Source: Candidatus Nomurabacteria bacterium | GTDB taxonomy: Bacteria > Patescibacteriota > Minisyncoccia > Phycocordibacterales > UBA9973 | NCBI GenBank assembly: GCA_052035405.1 | Contig: JBPOHQ010000003.1 | Coordinates: 5,878-69,877 of the forward strand | DNA length: 64,000 nucleotides | Direction of reading: 5' to 3' | Shown: positions 27,513 through 37,724 of the stretch, in pieces | How the letters are laid out: every line of letters starts with the position of its first letter | How positions within the stretch are numbered: the stretch's first letter is position 1 | Notes under the pieces: model-generated | Seen by the model: only the letters and a program-made list of their open reading frames with translations | What the model was told of the DNA's origin: nothing | Databases searched by the model: none | Position numbers and translations under genes: made by a program

Positions 27513-29075
27513 ATGAGGAAAATTCTCGCCTTCACATTCATGCTGCTTTTCACGCAGCACTTTTCTTTTACAAATAATCCTTCCGCTTTTAATTCACCCC
27601 CATTTGCAGATACTGTATCGACCAAACCTCTATTTGTCCCCGTTATTGTAGAAGCCCTCATCGTGGCCTACGAAGCTGTTGAAGCTTCCTTGGCGGTCGA
27701 AGCAGTGGCTACAGCAGCTGCAGCCGGAGGTTCAGTAGCAGCCGGAGCTGGTACTACCACAGTGGTAGGTGCTGGACTTTCAGGTGCAACCGTTTCCATG
27801 GGTACGTGGGCAACAATTGGAACAGTTACCGCTATGGGTACAACCATCGGGGTTGAAGCCTGGATAATTAATTCGAATACTGCATATGCTGCTTACACGA
27901 CTAACTCAGAGTTCGCAGCCTTTATTGACGGGATATCAGACAACCTTTCAGAGGCAGGCTACCAAGTTGTGCGAAACAAGAACGGCACTGCAGTCGAAAT
28001 TCTCTTATGGGAGAAAGCGACTGGCGGTATTTATTGTTACAGTCTCATTTCCCATTTCTGGGAGTACATTACTCCTGGTGGTGAAAGAGTGTCACCGCGT
28101 GAAATTCCGAACTGCATTAAGGAAACAATCAAACCAATGGTGGTTTCGTTGCCAGACTGGGGGAATTCCTTGAGTGAAATTCGTGCAGCACTCAAGGCTG
28201 CAAAGGAAGGAACAGCAACTTTTGGTCAACTCAATCGGCTCGAGTTATTTGCTGATCCAACCCGTACATGTGCGGGGGATGATGAGTGTAGTGAATTAAG
28301 AGGGGAGGTGAGAGAGTTTTTCCAAAGCCTCGAAGAAGAACCTGAACATCTGGATTCTTCCTTTTTAGGAAAGATCGATGCAGAAATATTCATAACAAAC
28401 TCATCAACAATGAGTGACGATGAGTTGGTACAAGAAGTGTGGAATAATCGTGCCTTGATGGCATCACCAAGTCACATGCAAGCAGTTATTAAAAACTGCG
28501 GACGAGATGGCACAGGTAGTATAGCCTGTACTATGTTGCAGGAGTTATATAGAGACTATTTTCTTGTTGAATTACCAGTTTTAAGGACTGGTCAAAAAGA
28601 AAACAGAACCCTACGGGGTTTAATGAAGGAATATAGAATAACAGTAATGTTATTCTATAAACTGCAGAAGAAACATGCGGGAATAGGAAAAATTCAAGAC
28701 ACTGATAAAGTTTTTGCCCTGGGACGAAACTACTTTATCAGTCTTTTGGAGCGAAAGGCTATACCTAAACGAGAGTTTTTGCAACTTCAAATGACCCTTG
28801 CGGTCTATGGCTACCCTATCGAAGAATGGGTAGCCAATGGTCAAAAAACCGTTGAAAGCGAAGGGATTGAAGTTTTGGGTTTGAGTGATAATGAAAATAC
28901 TGTTCTCAAACAGAAAAATTATGGAGATATATTTTCTATAATGAAATTCATTCGAGCACAGAAGGGCTTCAAATGGAAGGAAAAACTGAGCCAACAAATT
29001 GGCTCAGATTTGGTTGATAGAATTGTGGAACAACTAACTAAGTTGGGCTATGGGCCACAATTAGAAGAAGAATAA
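27513..29075 (+). CDS. Secreted hypothetical protein with long Ala/Gly/Val-rich hydrophobic segment
   Basis: 520-aa ORF, signal peptide, ~80-aa hydrophobic A/G/V/T tract, own promoter and terminator. Confidence 0.75.
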   Translation: MRKILAFTFMLLFTQHFSFTNNPSAFNSPPFADTVSTKPLFVPVIVEALIVAYEAVEASLAVEAVATAAAAGGSVAAGAGTTTVVGAGLSGATVSMGTWATIGTVTAMGTTIGVEAWIINSNTAYAAYTTNSEFAAFIDGISDNLSEAGYQVVRNKNGTAVEILLWEKATGGIYCYSLISHFWEYITPGGERVSPREIPNCIKETIKPMVVSLPDWGNSLSEIRAALKAAKEGTATFGQLNRLELFADPTRTCAGDDECSELRGEVREFFQSLEEEPEHLDSSFLGKIDAEIFITNSSTMSDDELVQEVWNNRALMASPSHMQAVIKNCGRDGTGSIACTMLQELYRDYFLVELPVLRTGQKENRTLRGLMKEYRITVMLFYKLQKKHAGIGKIQDTDKVFALGRNYFISLLERKAIPKREFLQLQMTLAVYGYPIEEWVANGQKTVESEGIEVLGLSDNENTVLKQKNYGDIFSIMKFIRAQKGFKWKEKLSQQIGSDLVDRIVEQLTKLGYGPQLEEE

Positions 29076-29083
29076 AATTTACC

Positions 29084-29125
29084 CCCACAAAGAGAAATAA
29101 CACTGTCTCTCTTTGTGGGTTTTTT
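29084..29125 (+). terminator. Intrinsic terminator
   Basis: cccacaaagaga...tctctttgtggg + T-run. Confidence 0.8.
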
Positions 29126-29305
29126 ATTTTCATTCTATAGATTTTTTAAAAATTTGACAATTTTATATAATAATGCTACTCTAAAAACATCATTCTCACT
29201 TCTGCCTCTTTGGCAGACTAACTTATTTATAACGAGACTGACGATTGTGGAAATCATCTATGACTTTGGTGTCTGGAGATAGATATCCATGACACAAAGA
29301 AATAT

Positions 29306-30664
29306 ATGATGAAAACACGCAGTTTCGTGCGTGGAGCTTCGGCTTCTACTCGCACAGCTTCTAGTAGTTCTACTGGAGGTCCTAGAAAATCTTTTTCTAG
29401 AGGTCCTGCTCCAACAGGAGCACGACCAGCTTATAAAGGAGGAGGATCAGCTCATGCAGCTAATTTTTCTCGTAATTCAAAACCAAGTTTTGGTGGCGGA
29501 TTTAGGGGGAGGAGAGGATCTTTTAATAAACGTCCAAGTAAAAAGGGGCGTAGTACAGGCGAGCGCATAGATTATTCTCGTTTTATCCAAAAAGCAGTAC
29601 ATATAGAAGAAAAGCCCTATATTGCAAACCATGCATTTACTGATTTCCCATTCAATGAACAACTTCAGAAAAATATTGTGAACGCAGGGTACATTGCTCC
29701 GCGTCCTATTCAAGACCAGTCTATTCCTTCAACGCTCGCCGGCAAGGATGTATTTGGCTTGGCTAATACAGGCACAGGCAAGACCGCTGCATTTCTCTTG
29801 CCACTTATAAACAAAGTGATGGCAGATAAAACAGAGAAGGTTATCATTCTTGCACCAACTCGAGAGCTTGCTATGCAGATTGAAGAAGAGCTTCGTACTC
29901 TCGCTCGGGGGTCCAAGCTGTTTGGTGTAGCAGTGGTGGGGGGTATGCCCATTAATAAGCAGATCAATGAAATCGAACGAGGAGTATCTTTTGTTATCGG
30001 TACACCAGGACGAGTAACTGATCTTATTAAACGTAAGGTTCTTGACCTTTCAGGTTACAAATCTGTCGTCCTTGATGAGGCTGATCGAATGCTCGATATG
30101 GGATTTATTGATGACATGGTCTTTATTCTCGGTAAAATGCATGCTGATCGACAGACACTGTTTTTCTCAGCGACACTTTCACCTGAGATAAAAAAGCTTA
30201 CAGATAAGTTTTTGAAAAACCCAACTTTTATTTCCGTTATCTCTGGAGCAACATCTAAAAATGTAGATCAAGATATCATTAAGATCAAAACTAAAGAAGA
30301 AAAAATAGAAAGACTACACGAAGTGCTTTCAGGCGACAAGGTGAACAAGGTGCTCATTTTCCGTGAGATGAAACATGCTGTAGACGATCTTGTTAAAGAT
30401 CTTGTAAAAAGAGGCTTCAAGGTGGGTGGTATTCATGGAGACAAGCGTAGTCGCGAGCGTATTCGCATTCTAGAGTCCTTCAAGAAGGATCATATTACAA
30501 TACTCATTGCCACAGATGTCGCTGCACGAGGACTAGATATTCCAGATGTGACCCATGTCATCAACTACGATGTTCCACAAACGTATGACACATACGTGCA
30601 TCGTATAGGCCGTACTGGCCGTGCAGGTAAGAAGGGAACAGCTCTTACATTTGTTCCAGCGTAA
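29306..30664 (+). CDS. DEAD-box RNA helicase with N-terminal Arg/Gly/Ser-rich extension
   Basis: GTGKT, PTRELA, TPGR, DEAD, SAT, ARGLD, HRIGRTGR. Confidence 0.96.
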   Translation: MMKTRSFVRGASASTRTASSSSTGGPRKSFSRGPAPTGARPAYKGGGSAHAANFSRNSKPSFGGGFRGRRGSFNKRPSKKGRSTGERIDYSRFIQKAVHIEEKPYIANHAFTDFPFNEQLQKNIVNAGYIAPRPIQDQSIPSTLAGKDVFGLANTGTGKTAAFLLPLINKVMADKTEKVIILAPTRELAMQIEEELRTLARGSKLFGVAVVGGMPINKQINEIERGVSFVIGTPGRVTDLIKRKVLDLSGYKSVVLDEADRMLDMGFIDDMVFILGKMHADRQTLFFSATLSPEIKKLTDKFLKNPTFISVISGATSKNVDQDIIKIKTKEEKIERLHEVLSGDKVNKVLIFREMKHAVDDLVKDLVKRGFKVGGIHGDKRSRERIRILESFKKDHITILIATDVAARGLDIPDVTHVINYDVPQTYDTYVHRIGRTGRAGKKGTALTFVPA

Positions 30665-30684
30665 AATTGGAGTATAATGGATCT

Positions 30685-30882
30685 ATGTTTGGACACAATA
30701 AACAACCAAGTGGACCTGAAAAATTAAAACCAAAAAAATCAGAGAAAAAAGAGAGACCTTCATACTTAAATGAAGAAGAGAAGTCTACTTTCTTTGAAGG
30801 CGAATTAGGACCTTTAGAAAAAGAAAGGCTTGAAAAAGAAGAGGATATACAGAGACAATTGGAAGATTTCTCTAAAATGTAA
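30685..30882 (+). CDS. Small charged hypothetical protein
   Basis: ATG 6 nt after TATAAT; followed by terminator. Confidence 0.6.
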   Translation: MFGHNKQPSGPEKLKPKKSEKKERPSYLNEEEKSTFFEGELGPLEKERLEKEEDIQRQLEDFSKM

Positions 30883-30885
30883 ATC

Positions 30886-30920
30886 AAAAAAACACCCAGA
30901 TAATTCACGGGTGTTTTTTT
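30886..30920 (+). terminator. Intrinsic terminator
   Basis: aaaaaaacaccc...gggtgttttttt. Confidence 0.75.
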
Positions 30921-30954
30921 TGATTATTATTATCTGTAGTGTTAGAATATTTGT

Positions 30955-33900
30955 ATGATTAAAATTAAAAAGTTGTTCGCATTATTAGTTCCGGTTGCAG
31001 TAGCAGCTGGTATTTTTTTATCAACCTCTCCAGTCGAAGCTGTTTTTGTTCCTTTTGTAACTACTTGGCAAACAAATAATCCAGGTACTTCGAATAGTAC
31101 TTCCATTACTATCCCTACTACTGGTAGCGGATACAATTATGATGTCGACTGGAATAATGATGGAACCTTCGATCAGTTTGGAATTACAGGAAATGTAACT
31201 CATAACTATGGTACAGCGGGTACATACACTGTAGCTATCCGAGGAGATTTTCCTAGAATTTATTTTAACAACGGGGGTGATAGATTAAAATTGCTCTCTG
31301 TAGATCAATGGGGAGATGTTGCATGGGATAGCATGAGTTATGCTTTTGCGGGTTGTTCAAATGTATCTATTTTAGCTACTGACGCACCGGATCTTTCAAA
31401 TGTTTCTGATATGAGTGGTATGTTTAGTGGTGCTACATACATGAATCAAGATATATCATCTTGGGACGTGTCTACTGTAATAGATATGAATCATATGTTT
31501 GCATATGCTACACACTTCAATCAGCCTTTAAATTCTTGGAACGTAAGTAATGTAACTGATATGTCTTCTATGTTTTATCAAGCTACCGCTTTTAATCAAG
31601 ACTTATCTTCTTGGAGTGTTATTAATGTTACAAATATGGATGGAATGTTCCGAAATGCTGCTGCTTTCAATCAGCCTTTAAATTCTTGGAGTGTTGGTAA
31701 TATAACTAATATGAGTAGTATGTTTTATGGTGCTACTTCATTTAACCAAGATATCTCTTCTTGGAATGTGAAAAATGTCACAGATATGTCTTGGATGTTT
31801 GCTAGTGCTACTTCATTTAACCAAGATATCTCTATTTGGCCTATTGTAAGTACAACAAACATGTCATTCATGTTTAATTTTGCTACTGCATTTAACCAGC
31901 CTATCGGTATTTGGGATGTTACAAGCGTCACCAATATGGCTGGTATGTTCACGAGTGCTACCGCTTTTAATCAAGACATAACTTCTTGGAATGTCAGCAA
32001 TGTGACCAACATGAACAACATGTTCCAAAATGCTACATCTTTCAACCAAAACCTATCTTCATGGGATGTGTCTAATGTTACGAGTATGACTGGTATGTTT
32101 ACTGGAATTGCTCTTTCTACTCCAAACTATGATGCAATTCTTGCTGCATGGTCTGCACTTACACTTCAAAATAATGTTACTTTTGGTGGAGGAAATAGCG
32201 TTTATTGTGCTTCCGCTGTAGAACGTGCAAGTATTATAAGTACTTATGGTTGGACTATTACTGATGGTGGAGTGTGTTCTTCATTTATTACTACATGGAG
32301 AACGAATCTTCCTGGTACATCAAATAGTACTTCTATTACTATTCCTACTACAGGCACTGGATATGATTATGATGTAGATTGGAACAATGATGGAACCTTT
32401 GATCAATTTGGAATCACTGGAGACGTAACTCATGATTTTGGTACAGCAGGTACGTACACAATCCGAATAAGGGGCTTGTTTCCAAGAATATTTTTTGGTT
32501 CTTACATTGATGAGCAAAAAATACTTTCTGTAGATCAGTGGGGAGGTATCGAATGGGCAAGCATGGAGTCTGCGTTTACTGGAACAACTAATCTTGAAAT
32601 AACAGCCACCGATGCACCAAATCTTTCGAATGTAACTGATATGAGTAATATGTTTCGTGAAGCAACATCAATGAATTCTCCCCTTAATTCATGGGATGTA
32701 AGCAATGTAACCAATATGGAAGCAATGTTTAATGGAGCTGTTGCCTTTAATCAATCCTTATCTTCATGGGATGTAAGCAATGTGATCAATATGCAAACTA
32801 TGTTTTTACATGCAACTTCGTTTAATGGGAATGTTTCCTCTTGGGATGTTTCTAGTGTAACAACCATGAATCATATGTTTGCATATGACGTTGCTTTCAA
32901 CCAAGATATCTCTTCTTGGAATGTTGCAAACGTAACAGACATGGCAGGGATGTTTCAAGGTGCACCTTATTTCAACCAAGATATCTCTTCTTGGAATGTT
33001 GCAAACGTAACAGACATGTCTGGTATGTTTGCTGGAGGCATTGCTTTCAACCAAGATATCTCTTCTTGGAATGTTGGTAGTGCAATAAATATGAGTAGTA
33101 TGTTTTATGGTGCTACTGCATTTAACCAACCTCTTAATTCTTGGGATGTGGCAGATGTAATAAATATGCAAAGTATGTTTGCCCAAGCTACTTCATTTAA
33201 TCAGACACTCAGCTCTTGGAATGTTGCAAGTCTGATGAATACGTCATATATGTTCTATTATGCAACCGCTTTTAACCAAGATATCTCTTCTTGGAATGTT
33301 GCAAATGTAACAAATATGCAAGGTATGTTTTCTCACGCTACTTCATTTAATCAACCATTAAACGTTTGGAGTGTGGCTAATGTAACAGACATGTCACACA
33401 TGTTTGACGGAGCTACAATTTTCAATCAACCCCTCAACTCCTGGAACGTTAAAAGTGTCACTGATATGGCTTTCATGTTTCAATCTGCCAATGCGTTTAA
33501 CCAACCTCTTAATTCTTGGAACGTCAGTAGTGTAACAAACATGAACAGTATGTTTTTCAGTTCTTCTTTTGATCAGAATGTTTCAACATGGAATGTCTCA
33601 AATGTAGAAAATATGGCTTTTATGTTTAGTCATTTATCTACTCCAAACTATGATGCACTTTTGATTGGTTGGTCTGCTATTTCACTTCAAACAAATGTAA
33701 TATTTAGTGCTGGAGACAGTAAATACTGTACTGCGGTTTCAGCAAGAACACATATTGTAGGTAGTTATACTTGGACTATTACTGATGGAGGGTATATAGA
33801 TTGCGAGTCGTTCATTACTACATGGAAGACTAATAATCCAGGAACCTCAAATAGTACTTCTATCACTATCCCTACTACAGGCACTGGATATAATTATAGT

Positions 33901-34611
33901 GTTGACTGGAATAATGATGGAACCTTTGACCAATCTGGAATTACCGGTGATGTAACTCACAACTTCGGTACAGCAGGAACTTACACAATTCGCATACAAG
34001 GAACTTTCCCTAGAATATATTTCAATAACAGCGGAGATAGAAAAAAAATTCTTACTGTTGATCAGTGGGGAAGTGTATCATGGAGCAGCATGCAAGATGC
34101 TTTTTATGGTTGTGAAAATTTAACTATAACAGCTACAGATACTCCAGATTTATCTAGTGTTACTAGTTTAAATGGTATGTTCCAAAATGCTAGTTCTATG
34201 AATTCACCACTTAACTCTTGGAATGTAAGCAGTATTACTGATATGTCAAAGATGTTTTATAAAGCGACTTCTTTCAACCAACCACTTAACTCTTGGAATG
34301 TAAGCAATGTTACAAAGACAAACAGTATGTTTGATGGTGCATCTGCTTTTAACCAAAACCTATCATCTTGGGATGTTTCAAATGTAGAGAATGCATCTCT
34401 TATGTTTGCAGATGTTATACTTTCCACTACAAATTATGACGCCTTGCTTATTGGTTGGTCTGCCCTTACTCTAACATCCAATGTTGTTTTTAGTGGAGGA
34501 GGTAGTATGTATTGTAATGCATCTTCACAGCGAGCAAGCATAATTAGTATATTTAATTGGACTATTACTGATGGAGGCTATGGGTGTGCGAGACCAGCAG
34601 GTAAAAAATAA
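30955..34611 (+). CDS. Secreted DUF285/BspA-like leucine-rich-repeat surface protein
   Basis: Signal peptide; 25-aa repeats FNQxxxxWNVSNVTxMxxMF; three copies of Fx[28 protein letters not shown] module. Confidence 0.92.
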   Translation: MIKIKKLFALLVPVAVAAGIFLSTSPVEAVFVPFVTTWQTNNPGTSNSTSITIPTTGSGYNYDVDWNNDGTFDQFGITGNVTHNYGTAGTYTVAIRGDFPRIYFNNGGDRLKLLSVDQWGDVAWDSMSYAFAGCSNVSILATDAPDLSNVSDMSGMFSGATYMNQDISSWDVSTVIDMNHMFAYATHFNQPLNSWNVSNVTDMSSMFYQATAFNQDLSSWSVINVTNMDGMFRNAAAFNQPLNSWSVGNITNMSSMFYGATSFNQDISSWNVKNVTDMSWMFASATSFNQDISIWPIVSTTNMSFMFNFATAFNQPIGIWDVTSVTNMAGMFTSATAFNQDITSWNVSNVTNMNNMFQNATSFNQNLSSWDVSNVTSMTGMFTGIALSTPNYDAILAAWSALTLQNNVTFGGGNSVYCASAVERASIISTYGWTITDGGVCSSFITTWRTNLPGTSNSTSITIPTTGTGYDYDVDWNNDGTFDQFGITGDVTHDFGTAGTYTIRIRGLFPRIFFGSYIDEQKILSVDQWGGIEWASMESAFTGTTNLEITATDAPNLSNVTDMSNMFREATSMNSPLNSWDVSNVTNMEAMFNGAVAFNQSLSSWDVSNVINMQTMFLHATSFNGNVSSWDVSSVTTMNHMFAYDVAFNQDISSWNVANVTDMAGMFQGAPYFNQDISSWNVANVTDMSGMFAGGIAFNQDISSWNVGSAINMSSMFYGATAFNQPLNSWDVADVINMQSMFAQATSFNQTLSSWNVASLMNTSYMFYYATAFNQDISSWNVANVTNMQGMFSHATSFNQPLNVWSVANVTDMSHMFDGATIFNQPLNSWNVKSVTDMAFMFQSANAFNQPLNSWNVSSVTNMNSMFFSSSFDQNVSTWNVSNVENMAFMFSHLSTPNYDALLIGWSAISLQTNVIFSAGDSKYCTAVSARTHIVGSYTWTITDGGYIDCESFITTWKTNNPGTSNSTSITIPTTGTGYNYSVDWNNDGTFDQSGITGDVTHNFGTAGTYTIRIQGTFPRIYFNNSGDRKKILTVDQWGSVSWSSMQDAFYGCENLTITATDTPDLSSVTSLNGMFQNASSMNSPLNSWNVSSITDMSKMFYKATSFNQPLNSWNVSNVTKTNSMFDGASAFNQNLSSWDVSNVENASLMFADVILSTTNYDALLIGWSALTLTSNVVFSGGGSMYCNASSQRASIISIFNWTITDGGYGCARPAGKK
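32895..33075 (+). repeat. 75-bp-period intragenic tandem repeat (DUF285 units)
   Basis: 49-bp identical block at 32895 and 32970, third partial copy at 33045. Confidence 0.9.
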
Positions 34612-34621
34612 ATAAATTAAT

Positions 34622-34664
34622 AAACAAAAACCACCCTTCTACAAGCTCAGGGTGGTTTTTGTTT
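34622..34664. terminator. Bidirectional terminator
   Basis: aaacaaaaaccaccct-tctacaagctc-agggtggtttttgttt. Confidence 0.85.
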
Positions 34665-34675
34665 ATTTCTTAAAT

Positions 34676-34924
34676 TTAAGCCTTGATAAGTCCAGCCTTA
34701 AGGAGAGTAGTATATGCACCATTTTTCTTAATAGTCTTAAGTCCTCGTGCAGATACTTGGATAGCTACAGTCTTGCCTAATTCAGGCACAAATACTCGCT
34801 TCTTCTGAAGATTAAGGTGTTTTCGTACTTTTCCAGTAGGGTTAAATTTTGTAGCACGAGTACGGTTTGAGTATCCGCCACCCACCACTGAAGTCTTTTT
34901 AGTTATTACACATGTTTTCGCCAT
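34676..34924 (-). CDS. rpmB: 50S ribosomal protein L28
   Basis: MAKTCVITKK...NLQKKRVFVPELG...VSARGLKTIKKNG. Confidence 0.9.
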   Translation of the reverse strand: MAKTCVITKKTSVVGGGYSNRTRATKFNPTGKVRKHLNLQKKRVFVPELGKTVAIQVSARGLKTIKKNGAYTTLLKAGLIKA

Positions 34925-34952
34925 AGTTTTTTCATGCTATCATAGAACTCGT

Positions 34953-35567
34953 ATGAACGCAATAGATGCAATATTTTATATAGCCGTACTTATCATGTCT
35001 GTGGTCATTCACGAAGTCTCTCATGGCTTTATGGCTCTCTATTATGGAGATACTACTGCAAAAGATTCTGGAAGACTCACGGTGAATCCATTAGTGCATT
35101 TAGACCTTTTCGGTTCTGTGCTCTTGCCTGCATTTCTCTATTTCACAACAGGCTTTGCTTTTGGATGGGCGAAACCCGTCCCGTATAATCCAGATAACTT
35201 ACGAGACAGAAAGTGGGGGACTATCTGGGTGGCCGCAGCGGGGATACTTGCGAATCTTTTTATTGCAGTGCTGTTTGGGCTTATTCTTCGTTTTTCTTTT
35301 GGATATGCAGTACCAGAAAAGTTTATCACCATAGTGTCCTCAATCGTTTTTATTAACCTTGCCCTTGCTCTCTTTAACCTGGTCCCTATTCCGCCACTTG
35401 ATGGTTCAAAGATTTTCTTTAATTTACTTCCAAGTAGTTTTTATAGAGCAATTTCATTTATAGAACAGTATTCTTTGATCTTTCTCATTGTGTTTATCGC
35501 ATTCTTTTCTGACTACTTAGCCATACCGCTACTCTTCTTGTTCAGATTAATTACTGGTGTTCAGTAA
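34953..35567 (+). CDS. Site-2 protease (peptidase M50)
   Basis: HEVSH, GWAKPVP, FNLVPIPPLDGSK. Confidence 0.93.
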   Translation: MNAIDAIFYIAVLIMSVVIHEVSHGFMALYYGDTTAKDSGRLTVNPLVHLDLFGSVLLPAFLYFTTGFAFGWAKPVPYNPDNLRDRKWGTIWVAAAGILANLFIAVLFGLILRFSFGYAVPEKFITIVSSIVFINLALALFNLVPIPPLDGSKIFFNLLPSSFYRAISFIEQYSLIFLIVFIAFFSDYLAIPLLFLFRLITGVQ

Positions 35568-35681
35568 TTAATCTTTTATATATATTTGCTTTTTTTTAAG
35601 ACTTGTAGTAGATTATCTCTGTGTCCCTTTAAGAGTCTACGGACTCTTTTATCTTATTTATTACCAAGGGTCCAAAACGTA

Positions 35682-36110
35682 ATGCCAACAATTAATCAAT
35701 TAGTAAAAAGAAATAGAGTAAACACACGCCGCAAGTCAAAGACTGTGGCTCTTGCACGTAGTTTTAATACACTCAAGAACAAGCCAGTATTTAATGCTTC
35801 TCCTTTCAAGAGAGGTGTTTGTACAAAAGTTACTACAACCACCCCAAAGAAACCTAACTCAGCTCTCCGAAAGATTGCTCGTGTTCGTTTGACTAATGGT
35901 ATGGAGGTAACCGCATATATCCCAGGAGAAGGACACAACTTACAAGAACACTCAGTGGTCATGCTCCGTGGAGGACGTGTTAAAGACCTTATTGGAGTAC
36001 GATACCATATCGTTCGTGGTGTTCTCGATACACAAGGAGTTGAAAAGAGAAGACAAGGCCGCTCACTATACGGAAACAAGAAACCTAAAGCAGGGGACAA
36101 GAAGAAATAA
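35682..36110 (+). CDS. rpsL: 30S ribosomal protein S12
   Basis: MPTINQLV...[11 protein letters not shown]...[10 protein letters not shown]; start at ATG 35682. Confidence 0.97.
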   Translation: MPTINQLVKRNRVNTRRKSKTVALARSFNTLKNKPVFNASPFKRGVCTKVTTTTPKKPNSALRKIARVRLTNGMEVTAYIPGEGHNLQEHSVVMLRGGRVKDLIGVRYHIVRGVLDTQGVEKRRQGRSLYGNKKPKAGDKKK

Positions 36111-36131
36111 GAATAAAATAATTTAAATCAT

Positions 36132-36602
36132 ATGCGAAGAAAAGTAAAAAATCGAAATATCGTAGCCCCTGACTTTAATTACAACTCTGTTAAACTAGAG
36201 AAGTTTATTAACTACGTCATGTGGTCTGGAAAGAAGGAAACTTCAAGAAAGATAGTCTATCAAGCTTTTGCTGTTATCACAGAGAAGACCGGTAACCCTA
36301 ATCCTCTTGAGATTTTTGACCTAGCAATGAAAAATGCAGGACCTCTTACCGAAGTACGTTCAAAGAGAATCGGAGGTGCAAACTACCAGGTTCCTCGTGA
36401 AGTTCGCCCGGAAAGAAGACTTGCTCTTGCTATGCGATGGATTAGAGACGCAGCTCGAAGTAAAAAGGGAAGTCCTATGCATATAAAGCTTGCTGATGAA
36501 TTAATTGCAGCATCAAAGAATGAAGGAGTTGCCATCAAGAAGAAAGAAGATACTCACAAGATGGCAGACGCAAACAAAGCTTTCGCACACTTCGCTTGGT
36601 AA
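36132..36602 (+). CDS. rpsG: 30S ribosomal protein S7
   Basis: EVRSKRIGGANYQVP, HKMADANKAFAHF. Confidence 0.97.
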   Translation: MRRKVKNRNIVAPDFNYNSVKLEKFINYVMWSGKKETSRKIVYQAFAVITEKTGNPNPLEIFDLAMKNAGPLTEVRSKRIGGANYQVPREVRPERRLALAMRWIRDAARSKKGSPMHIKLADELIAASKNEGVAIKKKEDTHKMADANKAFAHFAW

Positions 36603-36619
36603 AAATACATTGATATTTC

Positions 36620-36643
36620 AAAAAGCCCCTCGCGGGGCTTTTT
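36620..36643 (+). terminator. Intrinsic terminator after rpsG
   Basis: aaaaagcccc-tcgc-ggggcttttt. Confidence 0.85.
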
Positions 36644-36679
36644 ATTTTATGCTATCCTTTTTTAAAGGTATAAATTTTT

Positions 36680-37576
36680 ATGGAAAAGCCAGGTTTTTTA
36701 AGAAAAATTTCAAATACAGCAGAAAAAATCAAAGATTATGGTTCTGGTCTTTTAAGAGTAGCAATGATTACTTTAGTATTGGAGTCATGTGGTCAAAAAG
36801 TTCCTGAATTATTCAAAGATTATGTTGCCAAGCATCCTACTGTTGAGTTAATGGCACAGGATCAGAGATCCTGGTTGATATCTTACGTTAAAAGTCCTAT
36901 GTATAAAGAAAGGTTGACTGACGAGATCATGGATTATGATCCTCAGATTGAAGATGTGGGTACGGTGGTTGACTCAATGATTCACGAGCGGATTGAGAAT
37001 ATAAACAGTGCTATATTAATAGAGGGTAATTTTACACAAGAAGATGTTGAAGCAGCATACGATCCAGATGATCATACTATTCACTATGACCGAGAGAAAA
37101 CGGGGCTTACAAAAATGGCACATGAGTTCACTCACAGTATTACGAGGGGCGGGAAAAAGATTTTGCCAAACGTGAGAAGAGATTTGTATCGTGCAACTTA
37201 TTCGAAGGAATTCGTTAATGAATTTCTCCTGTACGATAGAGATGTCGATAAATTATTGAGTGATGGTGTTAGTTATGCTAGAGATCCTGGAGAAATGAGT
37301 GCTCGAATCAATGAAGTTCGTTTCGCACTCCAAATACTTGGTAAATACGATCCAAGAACAGAATATTTTACTGAAGAGCACTATAATTTTTTGAAAGAGA
37401 ATTTTTATAAAATATTTCTGAAGTCTTTAGAAGGTGAATCCGGGGTTGAATATATTTTCCAGCACATATCAAAAGATGATTTCATTGAAATGATGAATAA
37501 ATTCGCTTCTCTAGATGGACCAAATACCATACCCAATACTTTCCAGATAGATGTTCATTGGGAAGCCGTCGCTTAA
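36680..37576 (+). CDS. Hypothetical zincin-like metallopeptidase, possible lipoprotein
   Basis: AAYDP..HTI...MAHEFTH (HExxH), downstream PGEMSAR; hydrophobic segment ending LESC. Confidence 0.65.
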   Translation: MEKPGFLRKISNTAEKIKDYGSGLLRVAMITLVLESCGQKVPELFKDYVAKHPTVELMAQDQRSWLISYVKSPMYKERLTDEIMDYDPQIEDVGTVVDSMIHERIENINSAILIEGNFTQEDVEAAYDPDDHTIHYDREKTGLTKMAHEFTHSITRGGKKILPNVRRDLYRATYSKEFVNEFLLYDRDVDKLLSDGVSYARDPGEMSARINEVRFALQILGKYDPRTEYFTEEHYNFLKENFYKIFLKSLEGESGVEYIFQHISKDDFIEMMNKFASLDGPNTIPNTFQIDVHWEAVA

Positions 37577-37724
37577 TTTAATTATCCGAAGTATATTAGG
37601 CGATCCTATTTTGTTTAATTTGCAAAAAGTATAATTCTCATGTATATTGTGCTTAGCGCACAAAGCGCTTTTTTGTTACTTAATTGAGGTTTTTATTATT
37701 ATAAATTATTAAATAAATATTTTT

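Noticed and set aside
31400-33620. Regularly spaced repeats as a CRISPR array
   Set aside because: 75-bp in-frame period within a continuous ORF, degenerate at synonymous sites, no cas genes; these are DUF285 coding repeats
35586-35681. Extended N-terminus of S12
   Set aside because: Conserved S12 begins MPTINQL at 35682; the upstream sequence is promoter and leader
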